Assembly: GCA_964452145.1 (NCBI GenBank)
Contig: CAYVLA010000083.1
Location: forward strand, 1-13,508
DNA: 13,508 bases
Source of the DNA: Candidatus Hadarchaeota archaeon
GTDB taxonomy: Archaea > CAYQAE01 > CAYVLA01
Reading direction: 5' to 3'
The notes below the pieces were generated by a model that was not told the DNA's origin, searched no databases, and saw only the letters and a program-made list of their open reading frames with translations. The position numbers and the translations under genes are program-made. Below, in pieces: positions 7,369 to 13,508 of this stretch (within the stretch, counting starts at the first letter, position 1; each line of letters starts with the position of its first letter).

Positions 7369-7851
7369 ATGGCACGTAAAGCCAAAGAAAAGCCCAAGCA
7401 GCCGAAACGCGAGTACAAGGTGTTTGAACACCCAGCTGATGCTGGTGTGAGGGGCCGGGGGACAAGTCTCGAAGAAGCCCTTGCCAACGCAGCTCGGGCG
7501 TTGTTCGTCCTCGCCGCCGACATCGACACAGTACGTCCCAGACAAAGAGTCCGCATCCACCTTGTTTCCACCGATCGGGCGTCGTTGCTGGTGGATCTTC
7601 TCAACGAACTGATAGCCCTGATGGATCTGGAAGGGCTGCTCTTCTGCGATGTGGAAGATCTAGAGGTCCGTACGGCCGGCGATCGCTTGAGCTTAGATGC
7701 AATTGCAGTTGGCGAGAAGCTTTGCCCAGAGAGACACAGGGTTCGAGTTGAACCCAAGGCAGCCACCTACTCGCAGCTTCTGGTGGGAAGGATCGTAGAC
7801 GGCTGCGATCCCGGCAGCGTCTGGGTGGCCCAGTGCATCGTTGACATCTAG
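7369..7851 (+). CDS. Archease (RtcB activator)
   Basis: YKVFEHPADAGVRGRGTSLEEALANAARALF, LLVDLLNELI, KAATY and C-terminal VDI. Directly upstream of rtcB. Short Lys/Arg-rich N-terminal extension. Confidence 0.95.
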   Translation: MARKAKEKPKQPKREYKVFEHPADAGVRGRGTSLEEALANAARALFVLAADIDTVRPRQRVRIHLVSTDRASLLVDLLNELIALMDLEGLLFCDVEDLEVRTAGDRLSLDAIAVGEKLCPERHRVRVEPKAATYSQLLVGRIVDGCDPGSVWVAQCIVDI

Positions 7852-7881
7852 GATTCGTGCCATAGCAATGGAGGAAGAAAG

Positions 7882-9345
7882 ATGGACAACATACCGGAAC
7901 TGAAGAAGGTTGCAGACTGTATCTGGGAGATAGGTCCCGGCTACAAGCAGGGCATGAGAAACAAGGCCAGGCTCTTCATGGACGAGGATCTCCTACGGGA
8001 GATCGTCGAGAAGGAGTCCAAGGGCTGGAGCACAATCGAGCAGCTGACCAATGTGGCCTGTCTACAAGGCATAGCAGGCCCCGCCATCGCCATGGCTGAC
8101 GCCCACCCTGGCTACGGCTTCCCGATAGGGGGAGTGGCGGCCTTCCAGGCTGAGAGCGGGGTCATAACCATGGGAGGGGTGGGGTTTGACTCAAACTGCG
8201 GTGTGAGGACGCTTGCAACATCGCTTGAGGAGTCAGAGGTGCGCCCCCGCCTCGGGGACTTAGTAGACACCCTCTTCAAACGAGTGCCCGCCGGGCTGGG
8301 TGCCAGATCGCTTCAGCTCACCCAGCAGCAGGAAGAGGAGGTTCTGGTGAGGGGTGCCCATTGGGCTGTCGAGAACGGCTACGGCTGGGAGAAGGACCTG
8401 GGAAGAACCGAGGATGGAGGCTGTCTGCAAGGGGCAGACCCGAGTAAGGTAGGCGAGACGGCCAAGAAGAGGGGCATGGGGCAGTTCGGAACCCTGGGTT
8501 CTGGGAACCACTACCTCGAGGTTCAGGTCGTCGACCGGGTATTTGACGAGGAGTTCGCCGAGGTCCTCGGCCTGGAAAAGGGTAGGGTCGTTGCCTCGAT
8601 CCATTGCGGTTCCCGTGCCCTGGGACATCAGGTGGGGGCGGACTACCTGAAGGTTCTGGACGGGGCCGTCAAGAGGTACGGCATCCAGATACCCGACCGG
8701 GAGTTGGTGTGTGCCCCCTTCCGCTCGGAAGAGGGACAAGCCTATTTCGGAGCGCTGAACTGCGCCATGAATGTTGCCTACGCCAACAGGCAGATCATAG
8801 CCCATCGCGTCAGAGAGTGTTTCGCCGAGGTCTTCCAGGAAAGCCCGGAGGATCTTGGCATGCACCAGGTATGGGATGTGGGGCACAACACGGGAAAGCT
8901 GGAAGAGCACTGTGTGGAGGACCAGAGGCAGATGCTTGTGGTTCGCCGGAAAGGTGCAACCAGGGCCTTTGGGCCGGGGCGGGCCGAGCTTCCCCCGGAG
9001 TACAGGGAGTTTGGCCAGCCCGTTCTGGTCGGGGGCTCCATGGGGACCTCGAGCTTCGTACTGAGGCCAACGCTTCGAGCCATGGAGCTGTCCTGGGGCT
9101 CGGCCGTTCACGGAGCCGGCAGGAGCATGAGCCGGATCAAGGCCAAGAGAAGGTTCTGGGGCGAGAGGCTTGTGTCCGAGCTCTCCAAGAAAGGCATCCT
9201 GGTCAAGGGGCATAGCATGTCCGGGATTGCTGAAGAGGCGCCTGGAGCCTACAAGGATGTGGCAAGGACGGTTAGGGTGATGAAATGTGGAGGTCTGGCA
9301 ACAAAGGCTGTCGAACTGAGACCGATCGGGAACATCAAAGGTTAA
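7882..9345 (+). CDS. rtcB: RNA-splicing/repair ligase RtcB (3'-phosphate/2',3'-cyclic phosphate to 5'-OH ligase)
   Basis: DAHPGYGFPIGGV, GFDSNCG, GTLGSGNHYLE, HCGSRALGHQ, HN, RKGATRA, GSMG, HGAGR, EEAPGAYK and C-terminal IKG. SD GGAGG 7870-7874. No intein. Confidence 0.98.
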   Translation: MDNIPELKKVADCIWEIGPGYKQGMRNKARLFMDEDLLREIVEKESKGWSTIEQLTNVACLQGIAGPAIAMADAHPGYGFPIGGVAAFQAESGVITMGGVGFDSNCGVRTLATSLEESEVRPRLGDLVDTLFKRVPAGLGARSLQLTQQQEEEVLVRGAHWAVENGYGWEKDLGRTEDGGCLQGADPSKVGETAKKRGMGQFGTLGSGNHYLEVQVVDRVFDEEFAEVLGLEKGRVVASIHCGSRALGHQVGADYLKVLDGAVKRYGIQIPDRELVCAPFRSEEGQAYFGALNCAMNVAYANRQIIAHRVRECFAEVFQESPEDLGMHQVWDVGHNTGKLEEHCVEDQRQMLVVRRKGATRAFGPGRAELPPEYREFGQPVLVGGSMGTSSFVLRPTLRAMELSWGSAVHGAGRSMSRIKAKRRFWGERLVSELSKKGILVKGHSMSGIAEEAPGAYKDVARTVRVMKCGGLATKAVELRPIGNIKG

Positions 9346-9382
9346 CCACGGTGCCAAGAGTTATCAAGTGATCCATCCTTTC

Positions 9383-9513
9383 CCGGCTTGGTCAAATGGG
9401 CTGAGCTGCGTCCCTCACACTCTCCGTTAAGCCGCTATGCCAATGGCAGGCGCTTGACGACATACCTGACAGGAAGTGGTAAGGGAGTCGGCTCCCCCGC
9501 TTCCGTGACCCGG
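9383..9513 (+). ncRNA. Candidate structured RNA (ncRNA or 5' leader) between rtcB and the nucleotidyltransferase
   Basis: Two strong hairpins (9425-9459 and 9472-9504), a weak one (9402-9417) and a possible closing stem (9383-9394 with 9506-9513). Three G:U pairs work only on the + strand. Folded by eye; no family recognised. Confidence 0.4.
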
Positions 9514-9530
9514 CAGTTGGAGGTGCTGCA

Positions 9531-10313
9531 TTGAGCATCGATGATCTCAGATCATTGGCAAGAGAGTTTAGCACGCACGCAGCTGAATGTCTGGGATCGA
9601 GGGTCTATGCAATATGGCTTTCGGGATCCTTGGCACGCGGAGACTTCATCGAAAACGTAAGCGATCTGGATCTTGAGATGATCCTCAAGATCGGCGAGGA
9701 GAAAAGGAGAAGAACGGATGACATGGAGGAACTCAAGGACCTCACTGAAAGGACGAGAACCAGGGCACTGGAAAGAGGAGCCCGGGAATTTGACTGCTTC
9801 GTTTTTCGACTCAATGATTTGAAGCCGAAGTTCCACATACTGGAGCTCGCCCTGTTTGGAGAGGCCATGTACGGACCATCTCCCAAAGAGGTCCTCAGCG
9901 TAGGTGAGATGGAGAAACACGCCGGTGAGCTTGCCATGGAGTTCGTGAGGGAAGCAGCCAGGCATGCCAGAGATGTCCTTGAAGGTAGGACGGATTGCAG
10001 CATTGCTTCCTCGGTCAGACTCATCATGGAAACCGATCACATGCCGGCAATTGTCTGGAATGCGAGGGAAGTCCCCAGAGCAGCCAACTTCGTCACCGGC
10101 AAAGGCGTTTGGGCAAGGCCGGATTGTTTCCAGGTATTTCTGGACACCTTCCCCATCCACAGATCTCTGGTTAGCGAGATCTGGGAGTACAAACTCGACC
10201 AGAGCAGACTCAGGGCCAAGGGAGAAAGCTATGTGGAGGACTTCCTCAGAAGATGTCTAGAACTCGCCATAGACATGGAGAAGCGACTGACAGGAAGACC
10301 CAGGAGTCAGTAG
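9531..10313 (+). CDS. Pol-beta superfamily nucleotidyltransferase with a C-terminal helical domain
   Basis: AIWLSGSLARGDF..VSDLDLE is the GS...DxD motif, with a third acidic residue in EFDCFVF. TTG start with strong SD GGAGGTG (9519-9525). Confidence 0.88.
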   Translation: MSIDDLRSLAREFSTHAAECLGSRVYAIWLSGSLARGDFIENVSDLDLEMILKIGEEKRRRTDDMEELKDLTERTRTRALERGAREFDCFVFRLNDLKPKFHILELALFGEAMYGPSPKEVLSVGEMEKHAGELAMEFVREAARHARDVLEGRTDCSIASSVRLIMETDHMPAIVWNAREVPRAANFVTGKGVWARPDCFQVFLDTFPIHRSLVSEIWEYKLDQSRLRAKGESYVEDFLRRCLELAIDMEKRLTGRPRSQ

Positions 10314-10410
10314 TCTCGCATATCCTCAGTCCATCCTAGGACAAGCAAGGTGGTCAGCGTGGATATCACTGCCTCTGCATCTTTGTCCCAGGCTCCATCT
10401 ATGCTGCCCT
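10307..10410 (-). pseudogene. Remnant 3' end of a second QW-repeat (prenyltransferase-repeat) gene
   Basis: 10399->10307 reads DGAWDKDAEAVISTLTTLLVLGWTEDMRDY*. It aligns ungapped with DGSWAKDAWDTMAVLEALQDLG of the 5030..5830 protein (10/22 identical). Not in the ORF track. Confidence 0.55.
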
Positions 10411-10443
10411 CCACACCCTCGCCATGAACTGCTTGCCTTCCCA

Positions 10444-11334
10444 GTGTTGGAAATTGGGCAGATGGTGCATGTTGCTGAGGTGTCTGGGGTCAGATCTTTA
10501 TACCAAACCCTGTATTATACGTTCAGGATGAGTGTCACAGCTCTGTGGGATGAGTGGAACTTCACCCTGGCTCTGATGAGGGTCTTCTGGTTTCTCGGGG
10601 CCTTTCTCTTCTCGGCCGCCATTGCTCTTGTGCTTGGACGAGGATACGGTCCAATCCGGAGGACCTACTCAAGTCTACTTCAACGGCTCTCTTACATCTT
10701 CTTCGCAGCCGGATTCTGCGCGATCCCGCTCTTCCATCTGGTCTACAGGGAATCACTATCCAGATCGGGGGAAGAATTGGTTCTCCGCTACAACTTGCTG
10801 TCGCTCGTTGCAGCGGTTGTCCTCGCTCTGTTGGCGTGTTGTGGCCATCCTTGGCGTAAACGGTGTTCGTCCTTGGCTAGGGATCGCCTAGCTCTTGTTG
10901 GCTTGGGGGTTCTCTTTCTCTGCCTGACCGGCCTGGAGTGGCTCGACATGTGGGACATTGCGTATGACCTAGGTTCCTGGGAACTCGAAGTAAGGTCAGG
11001 GATCTTGGCTTCCCGTTGGATTGCCCTTGTCGTTGCGACGGTTTCCTTTGGCGGGGCACTGGTCAAGGGTAGGAAGAGTCAGTGGGTCAGGATAGTCATG
11101 ATGGTGCTGATTCTGATCTGGATGGCCGCGGTCCTCTGGTCGGCTCTCTCCTCCACCGTTGTTGCGGCTGCCAGGAACAAGGCTAAGATTTCGCCTCAAG
11201 TCCCGGCTGTGGGCGTGACAAGCTCCTTCTTGCTGCTGGTCGCCAACATGGTACTCTTTGCTTCTGTCACTTCCAAGCTTTGGGTGGCACTAGCTGCCAC
11301 ACGTTGGAATGAAGCACACCTACCTACGGCTTGA
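10444..11334 (+). CDS. Hypothetical multi-pass membrane protein
   Basis: About 7 hydrophobic helices separated by basic loops. Start uncertain (GTG 10444 or a later ATG). Confidence 0.7.
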   Translation: MLEIGQMVHVAEVSGVRSLYQTLYYTFRMSVTALWDEWNFTLALMRVFWFLGAFLFSAAIALVLGRGYGPIRRTYSSLLQRLSYIFFAAGFCAIPLFHLVYRESLSRSGEELVLRYNLLSLVAAVVLALLACCGHPWRKRCSSLARDRLALVGLGVLFLCLTGLEWLDMWDIAYDLGSWELEVRSGILASRWIALVVATVSFGGALVKGRKSQWVRIVMMVLILIWMAAVLWSALSSTVVAAARNKAKISPQVPAVGVTSSFLLLVANMVLFASVTSKLWVALAATRWNEAHLPTA

Positions 11335-11447
11335 CAGGGATGGGCCGGCAACTGACGTGGACATGACTACTGCAGTCATGGACATCAACCATCACTATGG
11401 ATGGGGAGGTGACCCATTCGGAAGCCGGTCGAAAGGCGTTCATGCTT

Positions 11448-11978
11448 CTACGTCCGATACTTGCCAACTCCAGGAAGAGGTGGAAAGAATTCCCTTCGCC
11501 ATCCATCTCCTGACGGTGTCATGCCAGAAACCCCGATTCGGCAGGAGTAGTCCTCAGGATCGGATGACGCATAGGGGATCAACAAGGTGTCCAAATCGAA
11601 TATAATGTCCACATTCCTAGTCTCCTTTGCCTCTAGTCTCAGCCACTTCTCACCGCCTGAGATCTTCTCTCCCGAGGACCTGTTCACAATTCCATAGTCT
11701 ACGGTTATGCCGGTGGCTTCACTCTTCCTATTCTTCAGGAGGATGTCCACATCGACCGTGAATCCCTTCCTTCGGCGATCGACCGGTCCTTCTCCCGCGA
11801 TATGCTTGGCAATCCAATACTCTTGGTCAAAGGTCGTGATGTTCGAAGAGACAACCACTCCTACGTCGGGCTGGCTTGTCCAGAGATACGCCAAGACGAG
11901 CAACCCACCGCTCAGGGCAACGATAGCCGCCAGATCGTGTGCGGTCCGCCGACCCGGCACAAGATCACCCAATATCAT
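11448..11978 (-). CDS. Hypothetical membrane-anchored protein with a beta-sandwich-like domain
   Basis: Single N-terminal TM (LAAIVALSGGLLVLAYLW), then beta-rich VDVDILLKN...ITVDYGIVN...GEKIS...LEAKETRNVDIIFD. Start placed at ATG 11978; ORF track gives 12038. Confidence 0.6.
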   Translation of the reverse strand: MILGDLVPGRRTAHDLAAIVALSGGLLVLAYLWTSQPDVGVVVSSNITTFDQEYWIAKHIAGEGPVDRRRKGFTVDVDILLKNRKSEATGITVDYGIVNRSSGEKISGGEKWLRLEAKETRNVDIIFDLDTLLIPYASSDPEDYSCRIGVSGMTPSGDGWRREFFPPLPGVGKYRT

Positions 11979-12158
11979 GGTACCGTTCAAGCCTGATAAA
12001 GGACTACCTTCTCGACAAGGCTCAATCTGTTGAGTCAAACAAACCAGACATCAACATGTCTACGATATGTTGCTTCCAGGTTGGGGACTCTCGCTGCCCG
12101 CAGGAATGGAAAGATGCATAACCGGGGGATGGCCACCTATGTGCAGAGTGATTCCCTG

Positions 12159-12647
12159 ATGGTTGGTGGGTTTGTGGTCGTTCCGTTCCGTATGAGCCTT
12201 CTGGATGGGGTACTTGAAGCTCAGAAAAGAAGCTGGAATGTGACAGAGAGCGATCTTGGCAGACGCAATCCAGAACTACCTGATTGGACGCCTAGGAGGG
12301 CGCTGAGGGACTTGGAGAAGCAGCTGAGCGAACAGCCCGAGCTGTTCTGGGTGGCGCTCGACAAGACAACGGGTGATGTCATTGGGTTCGTCGGCTACTA
12401 CCCGGTCGATGGCAAGAACTGGAGCCTGGAAGGAGTTGATGTTGTGCCCGAGGAGAGGAGTAAAGGAATAGGAACAACCCTCGTCAGGCAAGTCCTGAGC
12501 CATGCACGCCGCACAGAAGCCCGTGTTGTGCTCAGGGTGAGGCAGGACAATCTAGCTGCCATCCGAACCTACGAGAAGGCAGGAATGCGAAGAACCGGCA
12601 GAGAGGGAGAAGATCTCATCTACGCCTCAGAACAAGCAGAGGGTTGA
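12159..12647 (+). CDS. GNAT-family N-acetyltransferase
   Basis: FWVALD..GDVIGFV, acetyl-CoA motif A VDVVPEERSKGIGTTL, and motif B DNLAAIRTYEKAG. ATG 12159 is preceded by GAGTGA; start is uncertain. Confidence 0.9.
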   Translation: MVGGFVVVPFRMSLLDGVLEAQKRSWNVTESDLGRRNPELPDWTPRRALRDLEKQLSEQPELFWVALDKTTGDVIGFVGYYPVDGKNWSLEGVDVVPEERSKGIGTTLVRQVLSHARRTEARVVLRVRQDNLAAIRTYEKAGMRRTGREGEDLIYASEQAEG

Positions 12648-13137
12648 GAATCGGGCACCCAAAACCAATGATAGCCATCCCAAGCTCTAGCACACAAGGT
12701 CTCCCACGCCTGAGATGGTTTTCAAGGAAGGCTGAGGATGGACAGTTTGACACGACGCCGAGCCTCTGCCCCATCTCTTTCAGGTCTTTGAGGCACAGAG
12801 CTGTATCTGGATACAGGACATAGCCGTATCTCTCCGAGTAGCCTTCCCAGCTCTCGTAGATGCGGTGCGCCGTCTCTTGTGCATGTTCCAAGGCTCCGAT
12901 CTCCTTCACGATGACTTCGTTGAGCACCAAGGCAACGTCCTCTCCCCATTGTTCTTTGGTGCCGGAGCAATTCTGGGACCACAATCTGTCCGCCTCGAAA
13001 AGGCCTCTCCGAAGATCTGTCTCGTTTACGTTTGGACCGCAGCCCTGCAGAATGGCCTTGATGATCTCTTCACGGGGATGGCTTGCCAGTGCCCGCCCGA
13101 AATCGAACAGGACGCCGCGAACCCTTTCCACGCTCAT
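12616..13137 (-). pseudogene. HAD-superfamily hydrolase, degenerate/truncated
   Basis: MSVERVRGVLFDFGRAL (degenerate motif I), cap domain, and LYPDTALCLKDLKEMGQRLGVVSN (motif II). Motif III (KP) and an in-frame motif IV (GD..D) are absent. The ORF end overlaps the GNAT gene. Confidence 0.7.
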
Positions 13138-13359
13138 CCAATGGACACATGCGTAGATAGATGTCCGTCTCCCTCTGGCGAATCTTCTCCGTCTGGAGGC
13201 TTGTCTTGTCTCCGCCCTTCTCTGGGACTGGGTTTTGGAAGCGGGGTTCTCTGAGGGGACGACGGCTCCTTCTCTTGGCCCTTGCCGTTTCTTGATGACC
13301 ATCCTTTTCCTGTACCTTGCTATCGCTAACCCTTGTAACCATGCTATCATTTCCCGGGG

Positions 13360-13401
13360 CTGCAGAGACTTTCCTCAGCTCAGGAGGGTCTGCAGTTTGT
13401 T
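13360..13401 (+). other. Hairpin followed by a short U-rich tract (terminator-like)
   Basis: CTGCAGA-[GA]-CTTTCCT-CAGCTC-AGGAGGG-TCTGCAG gives 14 bp with two G:U pairs, then TTTGTT. Confidence 0.35.
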
Positions 13402-13508
13402 CTAAATAGGGGTTAGTAGCTGCATTTTAATCTGTCGGCTGATTGAGTCCCAATTCGGGCCCTAGACGCCACTAGGCGGCCTATTCGGCTTTTGTTTGCC
13501 CCAAGGAG

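Noticed and set aside
7882..9345. Intein in RtcB (known in some archaeal RtcBs next to the catalytic Cys)
   Set aside because: Normal 487-aa length and a contiguous DSNCGVR motif; no insertion.
8260..9357. 365-aa minus-strand ORF antisense to rtcB, and similar long shadow ORFs at 3524..4168, 3819..4520, 6027..6830 and 9552..10160
   Set aside because: They lie opposite well-supported genes, have no recognisable motifs, and are expected from GC-rich codon usage.
9340..9432. Integron attC-like site (GGTTAAC ... GTTAAGC)
   Set aside because: The left core does not fit RYYYAAC, the intervening sequence does not form an attC hairpin, and there is no integrase or repeated site.
9383..9513. tRNA or canonical bulge-helix-bulge intron
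   Set aside because: No TTCRA T-loop, D-loop GG context or 7-nt anticodon loop in tRNA geometry. Only one 3-nt bulge, next to a 5-bp helix.
11362..11404. Two small hairpins (CATGACT/AGTCATG and CCATC/GATGG) between convergent genes
   Set aside because: Short stems with no U-tract or other support; compatible with chance or a generic terminator.
13138..13350. 71-aa basic N-terminal extension fused in frame to the HAD ORF
   Set aside because: HAD motif I normally lies within a few residues of the start, matching ATG 13137. The extension is low-complexity and has no SD support; at most a gene remnant.

Overview
GC-rich prokaryotic window, most likely archaeal: GGAGGTG/GAGGTG-type Shine-Dalgarno (SD) motifs, TATA-like elements, TrmB and ArsR-like wHTH regulators, and an archease-rtcB pair. 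The taxon cannot be proven from this window. Left to right: a membrane protein, a membrane-anchored GATase1-like (DUF1355-like) protein, a wHTH regulator coupled to a frameshifted GNAT-like gene, a non-canonical DapA-family aldolase, a truncated AAA_14/DUF4143-type ATPase, and a small QW-repeat (prenyltransferase/squalene-oxidase repeat) protein divergent from a TrmB regulator with a second wHTH. Then come archease, RtcB, a Pol-beta-type nucleotidyltransferase, a membrane protein, a membrane-anchored hypothetical protein, a GNAT acetyltransferase and a decayed HAD hydrolase. The best candidate for something undescribed is a ~130-nt multi-hairpin element with strand-specific G:U pairs between rtcB and the nucleotidyltransferase. 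This suggests, but does not prove, an RNA-repair/RNA-modification locus with its own structured RNA. An unannotated remnant of a second QW-repeat gene bounds this block on the right. No tRNA, rRNA, CRISPR array or transposase was seen. All structures were folded by eye; no searches were run.
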